Under the pieces are notes generated by a model, which was not told the origin of the DNA, ran no database searches, and saw only the letters and a list, made by a program, of their open reading frames with translations. Positions 51,301 through 64,000 of a DNA stretch of 64,000 bases are shown here, in pieces. Source of the stretch: Octopus vulgaris (Eukaryota); contig OX597830.1 in assembly GCA_951406725.2 (NCBI GenBank), forward strand, positions 24,800,001 to 24,864,000. Direction: 5' to 3'. The number at the start of each line of letters is the position of its first letter. The stretch's first letter is position 1. Position numbers and translations under genes: made by a program.

Positions 51301-51828
51301 GTTACATGCATCACAGAATTCCAGTAGTCTAATTCCCTCATCGTTTCGGGTGCCAATACCATGTCCACCGTGTACCCCAGTGAAGATACCCGATTCCCGC
51401 CCAACATGCCCATTAAAGTCTCCAGCCACAAAGATGAGGTCATTGCCACTCATCTTTGAGGTAGCCTGTAGAAAGGTATCATAAAAATGGTCCTTCTGAT
51501 CATATGGTAGCCCCACATGTGGGGTATAGGCGGAGATAATTGTAGCTGTGCCATTCTGTAGGACTAGCCTGGGCTTAAGCACTCTATCGCATACCTCGAT
51601 AACCTCTATGACCTTATCCACCCATTTCTCCACAAGGAGTATGTCTACACCCCCTACACCATCCATTTTACCTTGCCAGAAGACTTTATACCTATGTGTC
51701 TTGCCTGTGAGGACCCTAGCTGAAGCACCTATCCATCTTATCTCTTGTATGCAGCATACATCAACCTCTCTCCTTTCAAGCATCTCTACAATCTCACTAG
51801 ACCTACCTTTCAGTGTACCAACATTGAA
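48385..51828 (-). mobile_element. Decayed RTE-clade LINE (AP endonuclease, reverse transcriptase, 3' UTR with (GAT)n tail)
   Basis: Minus-strand ORF pieces carry NVGTL..CCIQE, GDFNGHVG, SQIDFIL (EN), KAPGPSGI, QFGFVPGRSTTDAIF, DLEKAFDRV, LLYADDL (RT) and LHGSETW. Frameshifts and stops separate them. Confidence 0.93.
50890..50959 (+). mobile_element. 5'-truncated SINE 3' tail inserted in the RTE ORF
   Basis: ggcggtgccccagcatggc...tgaaacaagtaaaaga(gtaaaaga)2 matches the SINE tail at 27810-27860. Removing it restores the RTE frame (DVEGSWKFLRD). Confidence 0.85.
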
Positions 51829-51872
51829 GTGAAGGTAATAATTTAGGACTTATATTATAAATAACTTGCTTA

Positions 51873-52056
51873 ACGCAGTGAGCTGGCAGAATCGTTAGCA
51901 TGCCAGACAGTGCTTAGCAGCACTTCATCCATCTTTACATTCTGAGTTCAAATTCCACCAGGATCAATAAAATAAGTACCAGTTGGACACTGGGGTAGAT
52001 GTAATCGACTTGTGCCAACCCCCAAAATTTCAGGCCTTGTGCCTATAGTAGAAAGG
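51873..52056 (+). mobile_element. SINE family B with 19-bp TSD
   Basis: Exact duplication attataaataacttgctta at 51854-51872 and 52057-52075. Confidence 0.9.
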
Positions 52057-52129
52057 ATTATAAATAACTTGCTTATTTAAGGTGAGATTTTTATTTCATT
52101 TCATTCTATTCTACTCTTTTAAATTTCAG

Positions 52130-52797
52130 CATCTTACATCATAAAGTCATCAAACGGAAGACATTCATCATTTATAAGTAATGGCACTGGAAGTACTGAG
52201 GAAGATGAGGATGATGCTGAAAAAGAATTCTTGTCTTCTTCTGGTAAAGTAATACCATTTGCGACAAAAGTGAACGAAAACTCCAGCAAGAATGTCAGAA
52301 ACACAAACAGCTTTACCAGCTCAAAGCCAGTCGAAGTTCATCGACAAGCATCAGAAGAGGTAACCGTCAATGGGCACACAGTGAATCCTGCAGAAAAATC
52401 GTTAGTCAGCACACAAAATAACAATGCTTCCTTTGTAGCAAAACCACAAAAATCACCACCACCAAAACAACAACAGCAGCAGAAGCGACAGCAACAACAA
52501 CCTCCTCCTCTTGCTCCTCCTCCACTACAACCGCCAGAGGATGATCTTGCCGAGGAAAAAGTTACGTCATTTCCCGACATAAAAGGAACCGTTCGTCATG
52601 TCCGTGTCGGCAAAGTGGTATGGCCACCACCGGCTCAGGAGTACAGGAAACACACTGTTGAAGTGGGTAAGCTGGAAATTGATGAAAATCTTGCCAATGA
52701 GTTCAACAGAAAAATTGGAGGGGGAAAGAAGAAATGGCAACCAGCAGCAAAAGAGAACAAAGATGAGGGAAACCAAACCACTCTTAAAGCAAACAGG
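52130..52797 (+). CDS. MYO15: Myosin XV large exon, low-complexity/Pro-rich (SYIIKSS...VRVGKVVWPPP...LKANR)
   Basis: aaatttcag acceptor, AGG|GTAGGA donor; 222 open codons in frame with ORF 52231; phase 1 to 0. Confidence 0.83.
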
Positions 52798-53387
52798 GTA
52801 GGAATTTTCTTCAACTTTTGGCTTTTGTCTTCTTTTCCTTCTCTTCCTCTTTCTATGTCATCATTTTCTTTGTAATCTTCTTTTCATTCTTCATCTTTGT
52901 TTTTTCTTTTTCTTCTTCTTCACCTCCTCCTTCTTTCATTTCCTTCTTTTTCCTCCTGTTCTTCATCTTGTTTTTCGTCATTTACTTCTTTCTCTTTTTG
53001 TCTTAATTTTTTCCTCATTTACTACCACCACCACCACTACTTGTCTTCACTCCACTACATCTACCCCATAAATTAAGATCTCACATATCTAATAAGATAA
53101 GCTTGAACGACTTCAATTAGCTGAGATTATCCAAGCAATTTCTAACTAAAACCTCCCACGTGTTTCAATTCTACAAGTAACAATCACAATGGCTAACTTT
53201 TAATTAGCTCTGCACATCAACAGATGTTGGAACAGCTGTTCTTGATCTGATTAGATCAATGATATCTGACATTGGGATTAGTAAACACTACAATTTCTAC
53301 ACCCAGAACAAACATCAATAGTCTCACTATCGAGCCATGTGATAATATAGGTTATTGAACAGCCTCACATTCATACATATATATATA

Positions 53388-54180
53388 TCATCATTATCAT
53401 TTAACGTCCGTTTTTCATGCTGTCATGGGTTGGACGGTTTGACTGAGGACTGGTGAGCCAGAGGCTGCACCAGGCTCCAATCTGATCTGGCAAAGTTTCT
53501 ACAGCTTGATGCCCTTCTTAACACCAACCACTCTGAGAGTGTAGTGGGTGCTTTTACGTGCCACTAGCATGAGGGCCAGTGAGGCAGTTCTGGCAACCAC
53601 CACGCTGAAAAGATGTTTTTACATGCTACTTGCATGGGGGCCATTCTGGTGGCCCTGGCAACGACCATGCTCAAATGTTGTTTTTCATGTGACACCAACA
53701 CATGTGCTGGTAAGGCGACACTGGCAACGATCACGCTCAGTGGTGCTTTTCATGTGTCACTAGCATAGGAGCCAATCCGTGGCCCTGGCAACGATCATGC
53801 TCAGATGTGCTTTTAAAGTTCCATTGGCATGAATGCCAACTAGGCAGTACTGTCATAAGCCACGTCAGCGATTTTGATTTGTTTACACTTGCCTCAATAG
53901 GTTTTTGCAAGCAAAGTCCATTGTCCGATGAATGAGGGGTACTCATTAGTGGGCCAGTTACACCCCACATTTGGATGTGCTTTTAACGTTCCACTGGCAT
54001 GAATGCCAATCAGGCGGTATTGTCATCGGCCATGTCAGCAATTTTGATTTTGATTTCACTTGCCTCAATAGGTCTTCACAAGCAAAGTTTATTGTCCAAT
54101 GAATGAGGGGTATCTATAAGTGGGCTGGTTACACTCACTTTCATAGGCCTCGGATTATGGTCTCTTGACTTGTCAGGTCT
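53388..54180 (-). mobile_element. RTE-3'-end-related repeat with (GAT)n tail and internal tandem duplications
   Basis: Shared ccatgct..catgggttggacgg...gatgcccttc block also at about 23290, 24300 (opposite strand), 35890, 36500, 42335 and 56210, and loosely similar to the RTE 3' UTR at 48390. About 170 bp is duplicated at 53810-54140. Confidence 0.7.
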
Positions 54181-54181
54181 A

Positions 54182-54234
<53 letters not shown>

Positions 54235-54473
54235 AAGTAAATAAGATGGCTAGCAGCAGGCTGTTTCGCCTCATACCGAAGGAATTAGAAATGGCAGTCA
54301 AAGACTGTTTTTTCCATTTTCTGTAAGTGGAGAATCCAAAAACGAAGGCCCGTGCGGCTCACATACACAAAACCGGAGTAGCAAATAGACACAAACAGTC
54401 ACTTACCGTTAATAACGAACACGTGTTTCTTGATCACAAACATAGAAAAGTAGTTTGATTTCCGTCATCGGCG

Positions 54474-54514
<41 letters not shown>

Positions 54515-54719
54515 CATACATATGTATAGATATGTGTATATATATATATATATATATGTGCATGTATATATCAAATAGAACAAATAGGCCATATAGAAAT
54601 AACAGCCAAAAGCTAACGAAAATATTAATTCCGTAAACCAGAGAAAATTGAAAACATTTACCCTGTAATTTCAAATGCACCGTTTCATTTCTGTAATGGA
54701 AATAACCTGATTAAATTAA

Positions 54720-55055
54720 ATCATACATACATATGTATAGATATGTGTATGTATATATATATATATATATGTGCATGTATATATATATATATATATGTAT
54801 GTATAGATATGTATCTATATGCATGTATGTATGTATGTGCATGTATATATATATGTATGTATAGATATGTATCTATATGCATGTATGTATGTATGTGCAT
54901 GTATATATATATATGTATGTATAGATATGTATCTATATGCATGTATGTGCATGTATATATATATGTATGTATAGATATGTATCTATATGCATGTATGTAT
55001 GTGCATGTATATATGTATAGATATATGTATGCATATATATGTATAGATATGTATC

Positions 55056-55086
<31 letters not shown>

Positions 55087-55090
55087 GTAT
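54720..55090. repeat. Compound AT/GT microsatellite with a recurring tatagatatgtatctatatgcatg unit
   Basis: Read directly; unit spacing varies with (TA)n length. Confidence 0.8.
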
Positions 55091-57782
55091 GTTTATATGT
55101 GTGCGTTTGTGAGTGTGTATCTTTTAACAAGTGGGTGTTAATGTAGGATTACAATCAAAACTTTTAAGGACAACAGTACTAAGGAAAAAGAATTTGAAAA
55201 TATTACAGTTGAAGTTCTGAGTGTGTATGTGTGTCTTTGTGTGTCTGTATGTGTGTTCAAGCATGTATGCAAGTGTGTGTTTATTATCCTCATTTCTTTT
55301 TCAAGCTCCATTCATTAGACTGCAGTCTAGCCTACATGCCACAACCAGTGGTTTCTTAGGCAATTATCTCAGTGCCATACTTTGTCTGACACTTATTTTA
55401 TTGATCTCTATTTTTCTGAAATAATACCATTAATGAACCAGTTTATGAGATCTTAATCCATAATCTGCCAACAAATACACATGCACAAACTCATACACAT
55501 ACACGGATAATCCCAATTGAGTGATCTTTCAACTTTTACTTGTTTCAATCAGTAGTCTGCAGCCATGTTGGGGCCCTGCCTTGAAGAATTTTTAGTTGAA
55601 TGTATCAACCCCACTACTGATTCTTTCTTTTAAGCCTAGAACTTATGCTATTGGTTTCTTTGCTGAACCACTACAGGGATGTAAACACACTAACACTGGT
55701 TGTGAGGTGGTGTGGGGGACAAACATAGGCACAAAGACAGAGAAACACACACACATCACACACACACACATGCATACACCATGGGCTTTTTCCATTTTCT
55801 GTTTGCCAAAGCCATTCAAAAAGCTTTGGTCAATCTGAAGCTATAAGAGAAGACACTTGCTCAAGGTACCACACACAGGGACTGAACCCGGAACTATGTG
55901 GCTGGGAAGCAAACTGCTTATTTCTTTATTGCCCACAAGGGGTTAAATATAGAGAGGACAAACAAGGACAGACAAAGGGATTAAGTCGATTACATTGAGC
56001 CCAGTACGTAACTGGTACTTAATTTATCGACCCCGAAAGGATGAAAGGCAAAGTCGATCTCAGCGGAATTTGAACTCAGAACATAACGGCAGACGAAATA
56101 CCACTAAGCATTTCGCTCGGCGTGCTGGCGTTTCTGCCAGCTCGCAGACTGTGTGGTAAGAAGCAAACTTCTTACCACACTGTCATGCCTGTGCTTATTG
56201 TATTGAATCATCATCATCACCATTTAGCGTCCGCTTTCCATGCTAGCATGGGTTGGACGGTTCAACTGGAGTCTGTGAAGCCAGAAGGCTGCATCAGGCC
56301 CAGTCTGATCTGGCAGTGTTTCTACGGCTGGATGCCCTTCCTAACGCCAACCACTCCGTGAGTGTAGTGGGTGCTTTTTATGTGCTTTTTACGTGCCACC
56401 TGCACAGGTGCCAGACGGAGCTGAACATTTGGTAATAAATGTGTAAATATTTGTTCCTAAAACCTTAAGAACTCCCATTGAATTTTGTGTTTTGCCACTT
56501 GTGACAGTAACTCCCTCTAAAGTTTCAACTTTCAAATGTGTGTGTGTGGGGGCCGGGGAGAGGGTTATGGCTGTTCACCTGGGAGAGTTGTACTGCACAT
56601 AGCAGATTTTCTTTATTCCTTTGAAGTTACTGATTCACAATGACAGATCCCGTCATCAGTACTCTTCAGGTGATACAAGGAATCCCAAAGATTATCCCTG
56701 GTTCTTACCGTGAACTCAAATCCTGTTTGCATGTCTTGCAAATTTTAACACATCTAAGTCAAGACTTAGCAACTGAAAGAGGTTAAAGTTTGTTATCATT
56801 AAACCATGCTGCCAACTTCTTAACTTTTCTCTTGAGACCAATGACATTTTATTTGTATTATTTTGACACGCCAAACCTCCTCACTGTTATTTTATCCTCC
56901 TTCCCCACCCCAACCACTGCTACAACCATCATCATCATCATCATCATCACATGTCTATGTTTCATTGCTGGAATGGGGCCTGTTTCAGCAATATTTTGCT
57001 ATATGTTATAATCTTTCATAATCTGGCACCTATAGTAGTAGAGAAAAATGCCAATATTTTTTATGTAGTTTAAGCCATGTTTTTTTGATGTGATTCATGG
57101 TTTTTATAGCTGTAGATTTTTTATAGTCAACCGTCTTAGCACATAGACTAATGATGCATTTTATTGTGACATAGAAACTCAAGAGAATGAGATCAACAGG
57201 GACTAAGGACACTCTCATATATTATAAGAGTTATCATTCAGACACACTGCTCTTCTCAACAGTTTGAAAATTGCTTCCCTGTCTTTTCTATCCCTACTCC
57301 TCCTCTTCTTCCTCCCCCTCATCAGGTGGTGAGCTGGCATAATCATTAGTATGCTGGACGAAATGCCTTACGATATTTCTTCACATTTTGAGTTCCAATT
57401 CCACTGTGGTTGACCTAGCCTTTCAATCCTTTCAGGGTTGATAAAATAAGTACCAGTTTGAGTGCTGGGGTCGATGTAATCGACTAAATATCTCCCCCAT
57501 ATTTCAGGCCTTGTGCCTATAGTAGAAAGAATTATTATGATTGTTATTGGCTACTTGGATGCCTCCCCTATTCTCTATGACTTTACACTATGGACTTGGA
57601 GAAGCTGATCCCGTCATCAGCACTACAACCATGCTGAAGCAGGACTAAAGGTTATCCTTCTACATTGAAGCTGTTTTTATTCAGAGTTACTGCTCTTCTG
57701 AACAGACAGAACCCAAATCTCCTTTCTCCTTCCCTTTTGTAATCATGTTATTGATTTCCTTTGATTTTAAATAACAGACATA

Positions 57783-58150
57783 GGAGTGGGTGTGTGGTAA
57801 GTAGCTTGCTTATGAACCACATGGTCCCGGGTTCAGTCCCACTGCGTGGCACCTTGGGCAAGTGTCTTCTACTGTAGCCTCGGGCCGACCAAAGCCTTGT
57901 GAGTGGATTTGGTAGACGGAACCTGAAAGAAGCCTGTTGTGTATGTGTGTGTGTGTGTGTGTGTTTGTCCCCGCTAACGTCGCTTGACAACTGATACTGG
58001 TATGTTTACGTCCCCCGTAACTTAGCAGTTTGGCAAAAAAACCGATAGAATAAGTACTAGGCTTACAAACAATAAGTTCTGGGGTCGATTTGCTCGACTA
58101 AACGGTGGTGCTCCAGCATGGCCACAGTCAAATGACTGAAACAAGTAAAA
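57783..58150 (+). mobile_element. SINE family A copy
   Basis: Closely similar to 27451-27860; ends about 70 nt before exon 58221. Confidence 0.88.
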
Positions 58151-58220
58151 AAAAATAATAACCATTGTTGTAATCCTTGTCTTCTGTATTGTTTTCTAAC
58201 TTCACCATCCTTGTACGCAG

Positions 58221-58362
58221 AAAATGTCACAAGCTCTGGCTAACTCACCTCACCTGGCCACAATGCGAATGCTTGAAAAGAAGCTATCTATGGGTCAAAC
58301 AGATAGCTCACCACCTAATGAGGAAACTGAAACAAAAACAACAGCAACAGAAGCGATAGAAT
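58221..58362 (+). CDS. MYO15: Myosin XV exon (KMSQALANSPHLATMRMLEKKL...EAIE)
   Basis: ccttgtacgcag acceptor, T|GTAAGT donor; phase 0 to 1. Confidence 0.8.
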
Positions 58363-59251
58363 GTAAGTATTCCCTTTGCATCTATTGTTTCCATCTCTTC
58401 TTTTCAAAACTGACACTTTTGCCCTTGTTTTAGTGACAAGGCATAAACAGCAAAAAATATCAGGTTTTAACTCTTCAGCATTCAAATTACTTTGTCAAAT
58501 ATAATGCTAGCTTATTCACATTGTTTTAAATTAGAGGGTAAAGTCCCCCTTTGGTCATGAATGACCAAAGCATTGCACCTAGAAAGTTTCCCCTCCGAGG
58601 CACAAGTCCAGGCAAGGTTGTTTTATGGAAGACCAGCAGCTGCCCATGCATACCAACCTTCCATTCTATGCCACTAATGTTATCCAAGGGAAAAGTAAAG
58701 GCTGGTACAGTTTAGCACCAGTGACATCACAACTCATTACTACAGCTCAGTGAACTGGAGCAATGTGAAATAAAGCATCTTGCTCAAGAGCACAACATAC
58801 TACCTGGTGTGGAAACTGAACTAACTACCTCATGATTGTGAGCACAATGCTCCAATCACTAAGCCATGCAAATTAATCATTCATTATCTCATACCTTCAA
58901 GATTTCAATGATGACCTGTTTATTTTTAGAATGACATTGTAGGCTAGGTGTGAGAGGCTGGATCTGACCAGTTTGGACACAAAATAGAATATTTAATATT
59001 TAATATTTGTCTCATTTAGAGTGTGTTAACTAGAGGTGACTGCCCTTGGTTTGGAAAAATCAGTAAGCTGGGAAGACTTTGGAAGCAAAGATTCCAGAAA
59101 AATTGATGTTGCACCTGTACTGCTAAACTATAATTCTTATTCAAATAGAAATTCTGCTAAGAATAAAGAGTTTGCTTACATTCTATTGCATTAATAAAGT
59201 TTCGTAGAAAACTTTAGATGTTTGGTAATTGCTATTTCTGTTTCATTTTAG

Positions 59252-59442
59252 ATCCAGATTACAATGACATCCCAAAAGCACCTCCATTACCATCAACTTC
59301 TTCCCTTACAACTGAATCAATGATGTCTGAAGTGATGGATACAACTGCCTTGGAGAATGCCAAGACCAAACTTTATCCTCAAGTCAAAGAACTCTTTCTC
59401 ACCTACCAGGATATACCATGCACCCTACGCTTGAGGAAAGAA
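59252..59442 (+). CDS. MYO15: Myosin XV exon (YPDYNDIPKAPPLP...KTKLYPQVKELFLTYQDIPCTLRLRKE)
   Basis: tttcattttag acceptor (second in-frame CAG 6 nt downstream), GAA|GTAAGA donor; TxLYP..TYQD..LRKE motif; phase 1 to 0. Confidence 0.88.
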
Positions 59443-60273
59443 GTAAGATATTTTACTTAGAGTGTTTATTTATTCATTCCAATATCAGAATCTGAAGAAA
59501 CAACAGTATTTGTAATTCTAAGCTAGCACATTGCACTTCAAAGTGAGAAGAGGGATTTCAAAATGAGAACACATCATTTGAGCAAAACTTAAAACTTATT
59601 TGATTTAATTAGTTAAAACTAATATATCTTGACATGGAGAAGATGTAGCAGGGAAGACTCTGTCAGTCAGAGAATATGATGTTATAATATTTTAAATAAA
59701 ACAAAATGTAAAATCTACTTCTTTTCCATCACAGAAAAATGAAACCAGTTTTTAATGAGAAGAGTTATTTCCCCTGTAGGACATTTTTTTTTTCTCTCAG
59801 TGCAGTGACACCAGTATTCAAAGGTCATTTGTAGTTGACTCATGCATTGTTATAAGTGTAGATAAAACAGCAACAACTTTGCTCAGTCCATATGGATTAC
59901 TCTGAAGACTAAAAACTTAATAATTTTGACAATATAAGCACAGAGAAATGGATAACATTACCCAAAGACAGCAAATGCAAGGATGATGAATTTCATGTCT
60001 ACTTATGTATTTTGTTTCGTTGTTAACATTCACTTTATTATGCATGCATGAGTCAGACAAAATTTGTTGAGGCAAATGTTTTATTGTCGGAACCCTTTCT
60101 TTTTACCAACCCTCACTCTTCCATAGGGAAAGAATACATGTGAAGCAGGGCCAGCCATGTCTTACAGAAGATTGGAAATGAAGGACATCTCTTGCATGAT
60201 GTTGACATACATATATAACTTTCATGCCATGTTAAGACAAGGAGACATCCCAACACATGCATACACATATATG

Positions 60274-60352
<79 letters not shown>

Positions 60353-61410
60353 AGGGGTTTAAGAGTCCATACAAATAAAAAATTATGGTTAAAAAAGAAA
60401 ATAAAGTTGGAAAAGGCACAAAAGTATGTATGTATATATATATGTATATGTACACACACTAATCAAAGAGTACATTATTATTTATCCATTACACCAATCT
60501 TACCAGTTGGTTTCACACTGAGGGGTTCCACAGGCTGTTAGATAACAGGCCGATTATGTAACCCGGCACTCTTCAGAGTTGACTGTTATGGAAGAAAATA
60601 AGAAAGTGACTTTTTAATTCTTAGACTGCTTATACACACATGCACACATGACATGCATTCTTTAGTTTTTGTCTACCAAATCCATTTAGAAGGCTTTCAT
60701 TGGTCTATGGTTATAGTAGGTGAATTACTGAGGTATGCAGTGGGACTGAACCTGAAACCATAGAGTTAGAAAGCAAACTTCTTTACCACACATCTATACC
60801 TGCATCTATATTTCAATATATATAAAATAAACATGCACCATCAATCACCAAGCAATAAATAAATTGTTATGCTTGTGGATCAGGCCCAGTTGATCATGCT
60901 TGGGAATCCAGCAGGAAAGTGTAATGATGGTTGCTTCTGATAGGACCCTATTTGTTAGTTAAAAGCTACGGCCTTGTGCTTACATTAATATGATAAGCTA
61001 CTATTGAAGTGTTGAATTAAGACTGATTTCTTAATGCCAAGATCTATATTTCATTTTCTTCAGTATAGTAAACGACCCAGAATACAGACTATATCTATGT
61101 CAAACTTAGAACTGAATTTAATTAGAGTTCTTTCTCTGTTATAACATCACAGTTCATGACTGGTTCGTCATAATGCTAGAAGCAGCAATACATAGGATTA
61201 AACCATCATGTTGCTTTGAAATAGTCTGATCAGGTCTAAGAAAACACAAGTAACATACATTGATTTGCATATCTAATCATAATAATGTTCAGGCAGATTT
61301 TAACATAAATATGCTAATCACTGTTGTTGCATTTCATTCACAGCATAGTAACAGCTCTTTTGAGATGAAAATGTGTGTTCATAACACACTCAATTCATAA
61401 GCATAGGGAG

Positions 61411-61460
61411 ACTATTGGACACCTGGTGTTTCGACCTTGTTGTGTCTTATCAGCCAAAGC
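61411..61460 (-). ncRNA. Candidate minimal hammerhead ribozyme (degenerate)
   Basis: Minus strand: CTGATAA-GAC-acaacaag-GTC-GAAA-CACC-A-GGTG-TC. G8 is changed to A; stem III is near-palindromic. Confidence 0.5.
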
Positions 61461-61773
61461 CAACCTGGACTAATGAATCTAATGAGAGTCTGTGGCTTTT
61501 TGTGTATAACTTCAACAAACAAATTAACATAACTCAACTTAATTGTTTCTAATCTAGGAACAAGGCCAGCAGTTTATTAGGATTAGTTCATACCATTGAG
61601 TCCAAATGAATGAAAAGCAACATTGACCTCAGCAAGATTTGAACTTGGAAACATAAAAACCAGAAGGAACACCACACAGCATTTCATCCAATGTTCTCAT
61701 GATTTTTTCCACTCCATCGTCCTGTAACTCTACTCAATTAATTACAAGTATTTCTATTAATCTTTTATTATAG

Positions 61774-61909
61774 GTATTTTCTCCTAGAGAAAAGTTGGAT
61801 TATGCAGCAATTTTAAACCTCGTATTTTGTCAAGTGGTGAGAGATGTCTTTAATTCAGGCTGCATCCGCATTAACAAAGACCAACGCGTAAAGATGCGCA
61901 GTTTATTAG
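61774..61909 (+). CDS. MYO15: Myosin XV exon (VFSPREKLDYAAILNLVFCQVVRDVFNSGCIRINKDQRVKMRSLL)
   Basis: cttttattatag acceptor, G|GTGAGT donor; continues LRKE|VF.P; phase 0 to 1. Confidence 0.9.
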
Positions 61910-63609
61910 GTGAGTATTAAGTGCCCCCAGCAGTCTGTAGCTAGTAAGAGTGGAACAGTCCACCCCAGGTAATGCTTTCAAGATGGCAGCACTTTTGAGT
62001 CTGCTATATAAGCCAGTGTGGGGGTAGGGACAAAACAATGCCGTCTTCAGGCATGGCACACTGGGTAGTTACCCAGGATCCCACAAGTCTTGAGGCCTAA
62101 TTCTGATCTAACTATGCTTTGCTTAGCTGTCAATAAATAAATAAATATTATAGAGCTCAGTATATTGATTTGCCTAGGGGCCTACAATACTGCTGAGATG
62201 GATCTGGGACAAAACCAAGGGCTGCCTCTGGTTGTAGCACTGAGTTCACCCCGAATGAAAACACACAAAAATACTTCCCATGTAGGATAATGTTGCTAAT
62301 AAGAAATTCATTATCATCTCAGAGGCTTGGGGTTCATTTCTACTGCATGGCACCTTGGACAAGTGCCTCTTATTATAGGCATATGGGCTTTATTATAGGC
62401 CCAGGGTTCAGTGACACATGGTAGACAGGAACAATGTTGGAGACTGTTGGAAGACTCTTTATATTCTTGAAGAATAAATCTCATCCATTGTCTGGATTTA
62501 GTACCCACCACATGGCCATTGGATGCCATGAACAGTCTGTTGTAAACCTTTAGGCCAGATCTTTTGTAAGAAAATAAGTTTCTCGCATCTGCGTGGAAAC
62601 CTTAAGAAAAGGGGGCCCTAAGTACAGCCCTTTTTTCTCCATCTGACTGAGCCTTTGAAAAGAAAAAAACAAAAATAAAGTTGTCCTATCTTCAGTCAAA
62701 AATTAATTGCATTCGTCCTGTTTTGTCAAATTCACATCATAATACACCAAATATGCTAGAAATAGCAGCCAAATTTCCCTCATATTACAAGCTACTGTCT
62801 TACAAAAACAGGAAGTGTATATAGTCCTAATTATGACATTTTGACTGTAAAAAAATTGGATAGTCATGGTTAGAATGTTTTTGATTATAGTTCTGCTTGA
62901 TTAGGGTTGAACAGAGCCTAAACAACAGCAACACTATGAAACATATGTCTTCATTTGCCAGACCATTATTGTAGAATTTCCTGCCTCCCTTCAACTGTGT
63001 TCCTGCCAAGCTATAATGTACAATACTTCTAGTTCTCTGCAATAATTCCTCACCAATTTTAATTATGCAGATCTGTGAGATTTCTCTTAAGTAACAGACA
63101 TTGTTTCCTCATCTCCATAGCATTAACATGAAGTACTAAAAGGGGATATTTCTTATCTTTTTACATGTCTCAAGTCATTGGATTGTGGCCATACTGGAGC
63201 ACTACTTTGTAGAATTCAGTCGGACAAATTGACCTCAATACTTTTATTTTTTAAAGTTTGTTACTTATTCTGTCAGTCCTATTTTGCTGAACCACCAAGT
63301 CACAAGGATGTAAACAAACCAACATCGGTTCTCAAGCAGTGACAGGGACAAACACAAAGCCATACACACATATATACGTGATGGGTTTCTATACAGTTTC
63401 TGTCTGTCAAATTCACTCACAAAGAATTGGTCAACTTCAGGCTATAATAGAAGACACTAGCTCAGGAGCTGTGCAGTAAGACTGAACCCAAATCTGTGAT
63501 TGTAAAACAAGCTTCTGAACCACACAGCCATGCCTGTGTATACAGAAATTCAAACCATAATATAATCACCAAAAGTAAGGAGACATCCTAAAGCTGTTTT
63601 TTTCAAGAA

Positions 63610-64000
63610 ATTTTTTGGGTGGCTGCTCTACCCTTTCCACCTCAAATTTTCTTTACGAGTAAATGTTGTTGAGCAGGTCCAGGGGAACGTCTCCCTTCCA
63701 CACGTGGTGGGATATTTGGTGCTCAAACGTGAACTTGGGCAAACTAGGGCAATGCACAAAAGTCAGGCAGTAACACATAACGATGATGGTGTAAGCATTG
63801 ACTGGTCCTTACTACACAAACTCTGCATATGGCCACAATGCTCTGTCCCATTGACGTAGGTGACTGGAACCTGGGGGAATTTCCATGAGTTTGAGTATGG
63901 ATCCGATCGTCTCTTAGTTGCCAGACGTGGCTGGCCAGCAATGTTACGTATCTCTTTTCTGGAACTCTGAAAGACGACCTCTGGTTGGCGAGGTGCTGCG
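63610..64000 (-). mobile_element. Penelope-like element fragment (C-terminal part of GIY-YIG region)
   Basis: Minus strand reads QHLANQRSSFRVPEKRYVTLLASHVWQLRDDRI, then WK and CRVC, a Penelope-type HxxSF..TxLSxHxWxLK..WxI..CxLC pattern; frameshifted. Confidence 0.65.

Overview
AT-rich, microsatellite- and SINE-dense animal genomic DNA. The SINE families resemble those of octopus/coleoid cephalopods (inference from recalled repeat sequences). The window lies inside one large plus-strand gene encoding an unconventional myosin XV (MYO15A/Myo10A-like). I read 18 coding exons between 16768 and 61909 (about 1,150 codons). They cover the last IQ motif, the first MyTH4 domain, the start of the FERM-like region, a long Q/P-rich insert, and the resumed FERM-like segment. 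Both gene ends appear to lie outside the window. All splice phases are consistent except the MyTH4 exon at 28512-28673, which has one extra base and a premature TGA; a cryptic donor there would restore frame. The introns hold tRNA-derived SINEs (some nested, with target-site duplications), a decayed near-full RTE LINE split by a SINE tail, Dong/R4 and Penelope-like fragments, a non-autonomous Helitron, mariner- and hAT-like MITEs, and satellites. Highlights are several hammerhead-ribozyme-like motifs (one with an intact core on the pre-mRNA strand), a duplicated exon fragment with its own donor, a perfect 78-bp palindrome, a 32-bp satellite with 160-bp higher-order periodicity, a 27-bp repeat in frame with an exon, and a weak candidate nested antisense gene. 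Most short ORFs in the supplied track are microsatellite or SINE artefacts. All coordinates were counted by hand.
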